This document shows positions 28,906 to 38,435 of a stretch of DNA of 64,000 nt, piece after piece. Under the pieces are notes generated by a model, which had not been told where the DNA came from, searched no databases, and saw only the letters and a program-made list of their open reading frames with translations. Position 1 is the first letter of the stretch. Each line of letters begins with the position of its first letter. The DNA is taken from assembly GCA_964495685.1 (NCBI GenBank), contig CAZBVQ010000002.1, forward strand, positions 107,284 through 171,283, in the 5' to 3' direction. Source of the stretch: an uncultured Candidatus Saccharibacteria bacterium (GTDB lineage Bacteria > Patescibacteriota > Minisyncoccia > Phycocordibacterales > PALSA-1337). Made by a program: the position numbers and the translations under genes.

Positions 28906-28992
28906 GGGTATATTATGACATTCTTGCGTATGTGTTGCAAAAAGATGGAAGGCTGATAGGATAACGTAAACGGAAGAAAGGACCGTTCGTCC

Positions 28993-29283
28993 ATGAAAAA
29001 TCCATTGCTCGCAGAAGCTATTCTCGCGGGACAGGATGTTGTGGTAACGGTTATTGGAAACGAGTTGGCTGTTGGGGCACTCAAAATGAATCTCAAACGG
29101 ACAGACCCTCGTGTCTCGTTTGGTGGTTCACGAGTGCTCCAGGATGGTCTGGAGCAGACTGTCCGGATACCGGCATCAGACGTCGAAGGGATACGTCATA
29201 GTATCATCAGCGCTCTGAATCAAAGTCCTCTCGACATTCAATTCCAACCTCAACCGCACCATGAAAATCCTTCCCCGTCGTAA
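28993..29283 (+). CDS. Hypothetical protein
   Basis: 96 aa ORF followed by a hairpin. Confidence 0.5.
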   Translation: MKNPLLAEAILAGQDVVVTVIGNELAVGALKMNLKRTDPRVSFGGSRVLQDGLEQTVRIPASDVEGIRHSIISALNQSPLDIQFQPQPHHENPSPS

Positions 29284-29650
29284 CCCTCCCGATCGCGTCT
29301 TTCGCAGGACTTCTTCCTCGACTGGCGCGATTATTTTTTACATCATTTGACAGATTGGAAATGGCAACAAACACTTTTTTAGTGTTATGTCGTAGGAAAA
29401 TAACTCCATAAGCGCACAGACCCCATGAAGGGGTCTGTCATAGTCCTGTCGTCAGCAACAGTGCCGAACAATACCATCTTGGGCGCAACTCCAATGGCCA
29501 CAGGTTATTATTAGCTCAAATTATATACCTAGAAATTGAACTGTCAATACTTCGTAATGGTTCAATAGCTTGGAATCACCTAAGTGATTTAAGCTATTGA
29601 ACCATTACGATATATTGACAAATAATAAATGTGTGCTATTATCAGTACAA

Positions 29651-29866
29651 ATGAATGGTCCGAGTTTATTCGGACAACTGTTCAGCTTAGCGTTGGTGCT
29701 GTACATCATGATTGTGGGACTTCTCTACATCACGCAACAGCAGCGACTCATCCAGCCACTGAACAGGTGGATCCTCACACAAATCGGTCAGTTTCTCCGA
29801 GCGTTGGCTAGAGGTCTGTGCAGGGCGCTCGAGGGATTCTTCAGATGGCTGGGCTCGCTTTTTTAG
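29651..29866 (+). CDS. Small membrane protein
   Basis: MNGPSLFGQ..., one TM plus amphipathic helix. Confidence 0.5.
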   Translation: MNGPSLFGQLFSLALVLYIMIVGLLYITQQQRLIQPLNRWILTQIGQFLRALARGLCRALEGFFRWLGSLF

Positions 29867-29882
29867 GAGCCCGGCTGTTTTT

Positions 29883-30953
29883 TTATTTCACCTGCACCGG
29901 CTTGCCATCCTTGATCTCCCAGACACCGATCGGTGAGCGGAATGACGAGGTTCCCTTTTCTTTGGTGAGTGTACCTGCCTTGCCTGGATAACTGGTGGTA
30001 TTCAAGAGATAATCGAGCACCGAGCCAGATTCGAAACCGTTGACGAGCAGCTTGAGTGAGTCATATGCATACGGAGCCACACGAACATTGAAGCGAATGT
30101 CGGGATAAGTCTTGGTAAATTCATCAGCGAACGCAGCGTCTGATAATGACGCGTCAGTATACCAACGATCATTGAAGAGTGATGGGTTTGCAGCAATAGA
30201 GAAAGTTGCAATACCCGCAACATTTGTCACACCGAGAGACTTGAGCTGCTGACCGATAATGTCGACCTGTGGTGGAAAGAACCCGACCAGAATCAGGTCT
30301 GGCTTGGTGGCACGTGCCTTGGCAATAGAAGTATTGAAGTCTTTGATTGTCGGCTCATGCTTCTCATCGTATACGATCTTGATGCCACTGGTTGAAGCTG
30401 AAGCGAGCACACCATCGACAAGAAGGTTGAATCCTGGTTGATTCTGACGAATGATGGCGACATTCTTGGCACCACGCGCGATGGCCTCATTGACCCAGGT
30501 ACGTCCTTCATCATCAGCCATGAGAATGTTGGTGAAATTATATTGCCCATCTGCTACGCGCGTATCACTACAAAGACAAATCTGTGGGATTTTTGCGCCA
30601 GCGGCGATCGGTTTGACGGCATTACCTGTACCCGAAGTAACCGTGAGGACGGCCTGGACTTTCTCGACATTGATAAGTTTTTGCGCAGCACTGGCAGCTT
30701 GAGCAGGATTGGTACCGTCGTCTTCGACGAGAAGCTGGTAGGTGTTCTTGGTGGTACCGAGCTGTTTCAGAGCAAGATCAACACCCTTGGCGAGGTTGGT
30801 ACCGTAGACAGATGCTCCACCGGTCATAGGGCCGATAATACCGATCTTAATGACCTGACCTTGAGTAGTTGCTGGTGACGAGGAACGATTGCTAGACCAG
30901 ATAGCTAGAATAATAAAGATAACGACAATGATTCCAATGATTATTTTTTTCAT
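29883..30953 (-). CDS. LivJ/LivK-type substrate-binding protein (1 of 6)
   Basis: KIGIIGPMTG, EDD, AYDS periplasmic binding protein pattern. Confidence 0.9.
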   Translation of the reverse strand: MKKIIIGIIVVIFIILAIWSSNRSSSPATTQGQVIKIGIIGPMTGGASVYGTNLAKGVDLALKQLGTTKNTYQLLVEDDGTNPAQAASAAQKLINVEKVQAVLTVTSGTGNAVKPIAAGAKIPQICLCSDTRVADGQYNFTNILMADDEGRTWVNEAIARGAKNVAIIRQNQPGFNLLVDGVLASASTSGIKIVYDEKHEPTIKDFNTSIAKARATKPDLILVGFFPPQVDIIGQQLKSLGVTNVAGIATFSIAANPSLFNDRWYTDASLSDAAFADEFTKTYPDIRFNVRVAPYAYDSLKLLVNGFESGSVLDYLLNTTSYPGKAGTLTKEKGTSSFRSPIGVWEIKDGKPVQVK

Positions 30954-31041
30954 AACAGAATGATATCACGCAACCCTTTTTCGTCAATAAAAATACCGCG
31001 ATCAAAGTCGCGGCTGAGGAGGTGCCATGTCAAGGTGTCGT

Positions 31042-31329
31042 TCAGGTCAGTGAAAAATCAGTGTAAACACCGCGCTCATAGTCGCGCTTGATCCTGATAA
31101 GATCTGGCCAAGTAATAATCTGGAACAAGCCGAACAACGCAACGACGAGAAGCATGAACACACTCTCAACACCGAAGTACGACCATGGGTCCGTGCGTGG
31201 TTCGACAATCTTACTGTCTCGGTACTGACACCGTACGAATCCGAGGAGTGCGATGCTGCCGATGCTAAGCCAGATAACAATGGCCAAAAAGATGGACTTG
31301 ATTATCCATTCGGAAGTTGTGTAGCTCAT
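31042..31329 (-). CDS. Small membrane protein
   Basis: 95 aa, two TM. Confidence 0.55.
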   Translation of the reverse strand: MSYTTSEWIIKSIFLAIVIWLSIGSIALLGFVRCQYRDSKIVEPRTDPWSYFGVESVFMLLVVALFGLFQIITWPDLIRIKRDYERGVYTDFSLT

Positions 31330-31383
31330 AACGTGCTGTCCCTTTCGTAAGTCACTATAACACCTTTAGTTTTGACTGCAAGG

Positions 31384-32136
31384 TTACTCCCCCAAATACG
31401 CCTCAACAACATCCTTCCTAGCCAACACCTCATCCGGCTTACCTTGTGCCAAAAGCTGCCCCGCATCGAGTACATAGAGATGGTCAGAGAGCTCACGGAT
31501 AAGATCCATATTGTGTTCCACCAAAATCACCGTCTTGCCATGTTCGCGTAACTCCTTCATCACCGCCACGACTGTCTTGATCATTTCAGGAAAGAGTCCA
31601 GCGAACGGCTCATCAAAGAAAACGATCCCAATGTCCCCTACACCACTATGTACAATTGCGAGGACACGAGCAATCTCAAGCAACTTGCGCTGGCCGTATG
31701 ACAGATTCTTGGCAAGCTCATCGCGCTTATCCCACAGCCCCACCTTCTTGAGGACTTCCTCGGCTTTCTCGAGATGGAGTGCGGTGTGTTTCTCGAACAA
31801 TGCCCGCCAGATGCTGCGCTCAGTCAGTACCACCAAGATATTATCAAGAACAGGCATTTGCTCGAACAATTTGACGTCCTGGAAGGTGCGCGTCATGCCG
31901 AGAAATGGAACCTCGTACGCTTTGATACGGGTCAATTTTTCTACACCTGCAATGATAACTTCACCTCCATCTATCTCATGCATGCCGGTCAGTGTATTGA
32001 TGAGGGTTGATTTACCCGAGCCATTTGGACCAACAATCGAAGTGATCTTCCCTGCCTCAAATGAAATAGAAAGTTTGTTGACCGCATAGACGCCGTCAAA
32101 GTGTTTTTCTAGGTTGTGAGTGGAGAGGAGGGGCAT
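31384..32136 (-). CDS. livG: Branched-chain amino acid ABC ATPase
   Basis: GPNGSGKST, RTFQ, LSYGQRKLLEIAR, VVEAYLG. Confidence 0.93.
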   Translation of the reverse strand: MPLLSTHNLEKHFDGVYAVNKLSISFEAGKITSIVGPNGSGKSTLINTLTGMHEIDGGEVIIAGVEKLTRIKAYEVPFLGMTRTFQDVKLFEQMPVLDNILVVLTERSIWRALFEKHTALHLEKAEEVLKKVGLWDKRDELAKNLSYGQRKLLEIARVLAIVHSGVGDIGIVFFDEPFAGLFPEMIKTVVAVMKELREHGKTVILVEHNMDLIRELSDHLYVLDAGQLLAQGKPDEVLARKDVVEAYLGE

Positions 32137-32142
32137 GAATTA

Positions 32143-33228
32143 TTATTGATTAAAAATTCCCTTAGGCAATTCGCCCTTGATAATAGGACCAATGATAACT
32201 TTTGCCGTACGCAAACCAACATCATTGAACGTGATTGATCCGCTGGCTCCGAGAATGTTCGTATCCTGAATGCTTTCCAGCCATTTCTTTGTGTCAGGAT
32301 TATAAGCTTTCATAAGAGTATTGAATGAATCATACCCGGTCGACGCACCGATACCAGGATCCGCTCCGTACTTATTTTTATATGCATCAACAAATTCCTG
32401 AGCATCCTTATCACCACCAGTCACCATAGCAATAGATCCGTTAAGCGCGCCGAAACCTCCGAGCACCTCTTTTATCTCTTTTTCACCTGTCTGAATATCC
32501 TGATCAAACACGAAAACTAATGGTGACTTTGATTGTTTTTGAGCCTCTTTAACAATGAGAGCAGCCTGCTGCGGAACCGTATAAAGCACCATAGCATCTG
32601 GCTTGAGGGCAAGAAGCTTCACCACATCCGTCCGCACATCTTTGCTATTGGAATCAACCAGTATGCGTGTAGTACCTTCACCATAACCAGCCACAAATGC
32701 GTTCGCAAAATTACTCCACGTTTCCAGATTTTGGGACACGACAATCACGACGTTTTTGTAACCTTTTTCTTTGACGTGTGCACCGAGCAGTGTCTCAGTT
32801 GGAATTCCACTCGGCCATAACTGGAATATATTATCCTTTTCGGCTGGTTTACTTTGCTCGAAACCTTGAATAAACGGCTTGCCAGATTGATGTATCAAAT
32901 CATATGCCGCGTCGACAGTAATAGTGGTCATACTTATAAACGCATCGACATTGTCGACAGAGGCAAGCTTTTGATATGCAGAGAGACCTCTCTTGGCATT
33001 AAATTCATCATTCTCTGTTATCAAAGAAATTGCCTGATTTGGATACCGTGTTGACCATTGTTCTTTGGCCAGCTCGACACCTTTGTTGTAATTTTCACCC
33101 ACTACCGCATAGTCACCTGTAGTTCCCGAAATAAGGCCGATTTTGATTGCCGAAGATGAATCGCCACGTAAAAAATATACTCCGAGAATTATTACCGACA
33201 CCACCAAAACTGAAATACTTTTTTTCAT
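32143..33228 (-). CDS. LivJ/LivK-type substrate-binding protein (2 of 6)
   Basis: IKIGLISGTTG, GYDS, GASGSITF. Confidence 0.88.
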   Translation of the reverse strand: MKKSISVLVVSVIILGVYFLRGDSSSAIKIGLISGTTGDYAVVGENYNKGVELAKEQWSTRYPNQAISLITENDEFNAKRGLSAYQKLASVDNVDAFISMTTITVDAAYDLIHQSGKPFIQGFEQSKPAEKDNIFQLWPSGIPTETLLGAHVKEKGYKNVVIVVSQNLETWSNFANAFVAGYGEGTTRILVDSNSKDVRTDVVKLLALKPDAMVLYTVPQQAALIVKEAQKQSKSPLVFVFDQDIQTGEKEIKEVLGGFGALNGSIAMVTGGDKDAQEFVDAYKNKYGADPGIGASTGYDSFNTLMKAYNPDTKKWLESIQDTNILGASGSITFNDVGLRTAKVIIGPIIKGELPKGIFNQ

Positions 33229-33233
33229 GGTCG

Positions 33234-34391
33234 TTATTTAAACTCAATAGACTTCCCGTCCTTTACGTGTCTAAACACTGTATTTCTCTGGACCTCGCAA
33301 TCAGAATCAAATGAGTACTTCCCCGTAATACCCTGATATTCTTTGAGGCCGCTAATATAATCTGCAATCTTCTGTGGATCTTCACCAACGACACTGATAG
33401 CTTTGGCAAGAAGCAAAGTCACATCATAATGTCCAGCCGAGAAATAGATGGGGCTAGAGTTATATTTCTCGCGATAGGCCATTTTGAAGGCCCTAGTATC
33501 GGAAGAATCTGTCGCCACATCATCCTTGGTGTATTCATACTCGACATAATCGACACCTTCGACGAGAGACATGTCTTTCAATGCTGGGTTCGTCAACGTA
33601 GCAAAATCACTAATAATCGGCTTAGTCAGCCCAATCTCCTTCATTTGTTTCAACATCGACTCGACCGTATTGAGCACATTCGACATAACAATACCGTCAA
33701 TATCGTCCTGCTTGGCCTTTATTTTGGTAATACTTGTCCGATAATCATTCATGCCCGGAGCGGCACTATAAAACTCCGTCACCACGATAGTGCCTCCTTG
33801 CGTAGGATATGATTTGGTAAACTCCTCCGCCCATCCACGTCCATATTCATTATCTGGCAGAAGTACAGCAACTTTCTTATACCCTTTCTTAAGCACCAGT
33901 TCACTCAATCGAGGACCTATTGTTCTAGCTGTAATGGAAATGCGACACGTTCGATTATTTCCATCATAATAGTTCAGTGCGGTGGCGACTGGCGCAATCG
34001 TGAAATTACCATCGTCAACAACCAACTTTCTAGTAGCGGCAACAACTGAACTACCGTCAATAATGAAGTTCCTCAATCCTTTGAGCTTGAGCGCCTGGTA
34101 AGCACTAACAGCCGTCTTGGGATCATAAGCTGAATCTTCAACTACAACTTCTAGCTGTCGCCCGTTGATGCCTCCATCTTTGTTTATCTTTTCAATCGCC
34201 ATACCGATAGCGCGCTGTTGTAATTCACCAAGAAGCGCAGTCGGACCAGTCAACATGAGCGCGGCACCAATTTTTATGGGACCTAATTCTTTACCTTTCT
34301 CCGACGATGATGTAGAACTCTTACTAGAGAATGACACACCAACAATGATGAGAATGATTATAATGATCAGAATCCAAATACCTTTTTTCAT
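33234..34391 (-). CDS. LivJ/LivK-type substrate-binding protein (3 of 6)
   Basis: IKIGAALMLTG, GGINGR, EDS. Confidence 0.9.
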   Translation of the reverse strand: MKKGIWILIIIIILIIVGVSFSSKSSTSSSEKGKELGPIKIGAALMLTGPTALLGELQQRAIGMAIEKINKDGGINGRQLEVVVEDSAYDPKTAVSAYQALKLKGLRNFIIDGSSVVAATRKLVVDDGNFTIAPVATALNYYDGNNRTCRISITARTIGPRLSELVLKKGYKKVAVLLPDNEYGRGWAEEFTKSYPTQGGTIVVTEFYSAAPGMNDYRTSITKIKAKQDDIDGIVMSNVLNTVESMLKQMKEIGLTKPIISDFATLTNPALKDMSLVEGVDYVEYEYTKDDVATDSSDTRAFKMAYREKYNSSPIYFSAGHYDVTLLLAKAISVVGEDPQKIADYISGLKEYQGITGKYSFDSDCEVQRNTVFRHVKDGKSIEFK

Positions 34392-34409
34392 GTGAATGAA
34401 ATAGACCGC

Positions 34410-35492
34410 TTATTTAATAACCACAAACTTCTCGCCATCCCATTTCTTGACCACCTGCACGACATCGAATGAACCGTCATTATTATACACGTACTGACCA
34501 GCGACTCCTGAGAAATTCTGACGAAGAGATTTCATCAAATCCGCAGATGAAGCCGAGGTAGCCGCGTGTGCAAGTTGAGTAACCGCATCATATATATAGT
34601 CACCGGCAATCGTCGGATATGAACCGTATTGATTGTGGTATGCATCGATGAATGCGACGTTGTCATTGCTGACAAACAACTGATTATCCATTGCTCCTTG
34701 GGCAGCCTTGATTTGATCGACAATCTCGAACACTGGCCCACTCACCAGTGGAGTAGTCAGACCGACATCCTTGGCTTGCTTGGCAAACACACCCACCTGC
34801 GGAGAAATATAGGCCACGATGACATCAGGCTTTGCGGCACGAATTTTGGTGATAGGTGTCTTGAAATCATTCTCAGACTTGGCCACTGATTCGTCGGCAA
34901 CGATGGTGTATTCAGATGCTGGTAGCAATGTAACCAGCGCATCATGCACAGATTTGGGTCCATCACTCTGATTCCAAACCAGTGCAATCTTCTTGTATTT
35001 ACCCTGCAACAACAAGTCACGTATAGCACGTGCCTGCGGTTCAGGACTCAACATATATTTGATAGCCCACTGTTTGCCTGTGTTGATCTCAGTCGAATTA
35101 CCAAGACCGATGAATGGTACACTTGCCTTCTCAGCAACATATGATGCGGCGACAGACGACGGAGAACCATAAGCGATCAGTGCGCCGACCTTGTCGATAT
35201 CAATGAGTTTCTGCGCGACCGAAACGGTCTGCTTGGGATCGAACTGATCATCGGCGTACATGACCTCGATACGTGATTTGTCTTCAGCCGAGAGTTTGGA
35301 GAGAGCCAATTCGACTGACTTCTTGGACGCTTCACCGAGCGTAGCTGCTGGGCCAGAAAGTGGCAGGATGATGCCAACCTTGAGTGTTTGGGTTTGATTT
35401 GAAGGTGTCGGCGACTGGCTCGTACCCCGAGCAAGAATGATGATCACGATCACAATGACGATGACGAGAATTCCGATTATTTTCTTGGCCAT
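34410..35492 (-). CDS. LivJ/LivK-type substrate-binding protein (4 of 6)
   Basis: KVGIILPLSG, DDQFDP, YDA. Confidence 0.9.
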   Translation of the reverse strand: MAKKIIGILVIVIVIVIIILARGTSQSPTPSNQTQTLKVGIILPLSGPAATLGEASKKSVELALSKLSAEDKSRIEVMYADDQFDPKQTVSVAQKLIDIDKVGALIAYGSPSSVAASYVAEKASVPFIGLGNSTEINTGKQWAIKYMLSPEPQARAIRDLLLQGKYKKIALVWNQSDGPKSVHDALVTLLPASEYTIVADESVAKSENDFKTPITKIRAAKPDVIVAYISPQVGVFAKQAKDVGLTTPLVSGPVFEIVDQIKAAQGAMDNQLFVSNDNVAFIDAYHNQYGSYPTIAGDYIYDAVTQLAHAATSASSADLMKSLRQNFSGVAGQYVYNNDGSFDVVQVVKKWDGEKFVVIK

Positions 35493-35600
35493 GTATATGA
35501 AATATTAAGGGTAATCTGACAGGCAAAGTATAGCAAGCTATATATAAAAAACCACCGGAACGAATGGATCGTTCCGGGGTGTGAGAATGTGGGGATCAGA

Positions 35601-35990
35601 TTACTGCACCAATGGATCTTCGGGCTGTGCGTAATTGATCTTGAGATCACCAGCAAGACGCCGGAGGCGGGTAATCACGAGCGTGTAGTCAGATCGAATC
35701 TCCTCATCAACCGCTTCGAACATGCTCTGCCCAATCATCGCCTGGTAAAACTCCAGCGAGACCACGTGGAGTCGGTGGAAAAGTTCAGGTGTCGGTTCAT
35801 CTCCGAAATCAGCCGTGCTTTCCGCCAATTGCTCGGCGAACATTTGAGCGGCCAGGACCTTGAGAGCATTCGTATTCTGTCCAGTAATGTGAGCCACAGT
35901 GAGACCTCCACCAATATTGTGTTGGGCTAACTGACTACCGTCCGGCACGCTCGCATGGGCGACTACGGTGATAATATCTTGTTTTTTCAT
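35601..35990 (-). CDS. Hypothetical protein
   Basis: 129 aa ORF with downstream hairpin. Confidence 0.55.
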   Translation of the reverse strand: MKKQDIITVVAHASVPDGSQLAQHNIGGGLTVAHITGQNTNALKVLAAQMFAEQLAESTADFGDEPTPELFHRLHVVSLEFYQAMIGQSMFEAVDEEIRSDYTLVITRLRRLAGDLKINYAQPEDPLVQ

Positions 35991-36182
35991 GGGTGTACTT
36001 TCGATCTATTGGTTTGTGTTTACTGGTATAGTTTATACCACATTTTCCATAATTATGCAAGGTTTTGTCGCGTATACCCCACCACACTCTTCAATCTTCA
36101 GCGAATCTTCATTGTTTCTTCAGCGTTTCTTCATTTCAACCTGATACAGTCCTCATATGGAAGGCGTGATGTCTTTCCATGT

Positions 36183-36253
36183 GGGCCCAGAGGCGGTCCT
36201 CCACTCCTTTTAGTCAAATTGGGTGTACGGGTTCGACTCCCGTTGGGTCCACA
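36183..36253 (+). ncRNA. Atypical tRNA-Ala-like RNA or tRNA pseudogene
   Basis: Acceptor GGGCCCA/TGGGTCC with G3:U70 and A73; T arm ACGGG-TTCGACT-CCCGT; non-canonical D and anticodon arms. Confidence 0.55.
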
Positions 36254-36261
36254 AAACGACC

Positions 36262-36290
36262 TTGACTTTGTATTCGAATAAGAATATCAT
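36262..36290 (+). promoter_or_regulatory. Sigma70-type promoter
   Basis: TTGACT-17 bp-TATCAT. Confidence 0.65.
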
Positions 36291-36336
36291 AGTGACAATT
36301 GACTAGAAGGGGTGGAGCAGTCGAAGACTGTCTCGC

Positions 36337-36378
36337 AAACAAAAAACCGTATGCCTAGGGCGTACGGATTTTTGTTTG
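36337..36378. terminator. Bidirectional terminator-like hairpin
   Basis: aaacaaaaaaccgtatgcc...ggcgtacggatttttgttt. Confidence 0.65.
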
Positions 36379-36389
36379 ATCTCACAATC

Positions 36390-36596
36390 CCTAAAAATGA
36401 TGCAAAAAATAACTTGGTTTCAGTTCGTTACCTACCCAAGGGCGTCGATTGCAAGATGAGTTTCTGGCTCTATGGCAACAAGTGTCTCTTTGCCTCTGGT
36501 GGCAGTGAGAAGATCGCCTTCGTCGTCCACAGCAAAGAGTTCTGTACCATGATGAAAATCTTGTGGCAAAGTTTGTGGGAGACGGCGAAGAGGTAA
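36390..36596 (+). pseudogene. C-terminal remnant of a TrmB-like regulator
   Basis: 'VRYLP...YGNK...S...KEFCTMMKILWQSLWETAK' resembles the TrmB effector-domain end; no HTH. Confidence 0.5.
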
Positions 36597-36624
36597 ATCC
36601 CGCAAAACGAAACCCACATCTCCC

Positions 36625-37491
36625 CTACAACCTATATTCCCCCACCAACCCCTGTGGCCTATACAACATCAGCACAATAAGAATCACTCCATACACCACT
36701 TGCCTCATCTGAGCAGCAATGTCCGACGGGAATCCGACGAAGCGCAAAATTTCTGGCAACAAGATCAAGCAGACTGCACCGAGAACTGCTCCTTTGTTAT
36801 TTGCCAATCCACCCAGAATAACAATAGCCAAAAGGAAGATCGACTCATTCAAGGTGAATGTCGACGGATCAATGAACGTAATGTAACTCGCAAACAAAGC
36901 CCCTGCCACCGACGCCAGTACGGCGCCAATAACGAAAACCGTCAGCTTGTACCAGAGTGTGTGATAGCCAAAAACACGGATGGCTTCCTCATCTTCGCGG
37001 ATGGCTTTGAGGACGCGGCCAAACGATGATCGTGTTACGAAGACGCAGACGCCATAGACGATGAGGCCGAGCACAATGGCAAGAATAAGGAATGACAGAT
37101 TATCTGAAAATACATAACCGAACAACGATGGGCGTGGAATGCCTGGGATACCGAGAGGTCCACGTGTCAGACCTTGCCAGTTGAGGAAGATGCTGTAAAT
37201 GATGACGTTGAAACCAAATGAGCCAAGCGCATAATAGTCATCTTTGAATTTCGACAACACAAATCCAATCGCTAGTGACAAGACAGCAGTGATGACCATG
37301 CCGAGAACGAGTGCCACGAAGAAATTCATCCCCGTCGTCGTCAACAATATGGCTGTCACATATGCGCCGATGCCATAAAACGCTGCCTGTGTGATAGAGA
37401 GGAGACCTGCATATCCGACAATGAGGTTGAGCGACAACCCGAGGATGCCGTAGATGCAGATAAGAATGGCGAGGTGGATGAGGTATTCCAT
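36625..37491 (-). CDS. livM: Branched-chain amino acid ABC permease
   Basis: SLNLIVGYAGLLS, FYGIGAY, TRGPLGIPGIP, AIREDE. Confidence 0.92.
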   Translation of the reverse strand: MEYLIHLAILICIYGILGLSLNLIVGYAGLLSITQAAFYGIGAYVTAILLTTTGMNFFVALVLGMVITAVLSLAIGFVLSKFKDDYYALGSFGFNVIIYSIFLNWQGLTRGPLGIPGIPRPSLFGYVFSDNLSFLILAIVLGLIVYGVCVFVTRSSFGRVLKAIREDEEAIRVFGYHTLWYKLTVFVIGAVLASVAGALFASYITFIDPSTFTLNESIFLLAIVILGGLANNKGAVLGAVCLILLPEILRFVGFPSDIAAQMRQVVYGVILIVLMLYRPQGLVGEYRL

Positions 37492-37492
37492 A

Positions 37493-38359
37493 TTACTTTT
37501 TCAATATCCCCTGCGGTCTCCACAGAAGGAAAATAATAAGCACACCGAATGCGATTGCGTCTTTCCATTCACCACTGATCTTCCAAATACCAAAGTTCTC
37601 GATGAAACCGAGGAAGAATGCACCGATGACGCCTCCATATATATTGCCGATACCACCAATGATAGAAGCGATCACCCCTTTGAGGAGCAACGACATGCCC
37701 ATGGTGGGCTCAATACCTGTATCAAATCCTATCAATATTCCTGCCAGACCAGCAATACCCGAACCGATACCGAAAATCCAACCAATGATGCGTGGCGTGT
37801 TGATACCGACAATTTTGGAAACTTCCTCGTCATCAGAGACCGCCTTGACCGCTTTGCCGAAAATAGTGAACTTCAAAACCAACGCCATGATGGTCATGAT
37901 GACCAGACCGCAGATGAGGATGATCAGCTGAACTTCAGTGATAACGCCGCCAAAGATATCGTAGACCTTCCCCGCTCCAGCACTTTGGGATAGTGTCTGG
38001 AATTGACTGGTGAAGAGGATGGCGATGATGGCTTGAATAGCTGTGAATGCACCCAGTGCGCCGACGAGGAGCACCATGCCCGACGACTTACGTTTGCGCA
38101 ACGGCGAATAAATACTGCGATAGAGCAAATAGCCGATCAGTCCTGAAATGAGGACGCCGAGAACGACGGAGAGATAGAGATTGAGGCCGAGTGTCTTGTA
38201 GAAATAGAAAACTGCGTAACCACCGACGGCAGTGAGTGCACCGTAGCCGAGGTCGAAGAACTTCACGGTGCCATAAATCAAATTAAAACCGAGGGCAACC
38301 ATAGTGTAGATTGCTCCGGCGATGATACTGTTCACAATCAATTGGGGAATGATGTCCAT
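37493..38359 (-). CDS. livH: Branched-chain amino acid ABC permease
   Basis: ALGFNLIYG, GKAVKAVS, RPQGI. Confidence 0.92.
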   Translation of the reverse strand: MDIIPQLIVNSIIAGAIYTMVALGFNLIYGTVKFFDLGYGALTAVGGYAVFYFYKTLGLNLYLSVVLGVLISGLIGYLLYRSIYSPLRKRKSSGMVLLVGALGAFTAIQAIIAILFTSQFQTLSQSAGAGKVYDIFGGVITEVQLIILICGLVIMTIMALVLKFTIFGKAVKAVSDDEEVSKIVGINTPRIIGWIFGIGSGIAGLAGILIGFDTGIEPTMGMSLLLKGVIASIIGGIGNIYGGVIGAFFLGFIENFGIWKISGEWKDAIAFGVLIIFLLWRPQGILKK

Positions 38360-38435
38360 AAATGGTTGTGGTTGTAGCGCTATAAATATATACCAAAACC
38401 CGCTCTGTGGCGAGCGGGATTAGTGATTGTAAATC

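Noticed and set aside
29417-29440. Riboswitch around acagacccc/ggggtctgt hairpin
   Set aside because: Single hairpin, no recognisable aptamer consensus
36309-36335. tRNA-fMet 5' end or T-box (ggggtggagcagtc)
   Set aside because: No remaining cloverleaf, and no T-box stem I or antiterminator pairing found
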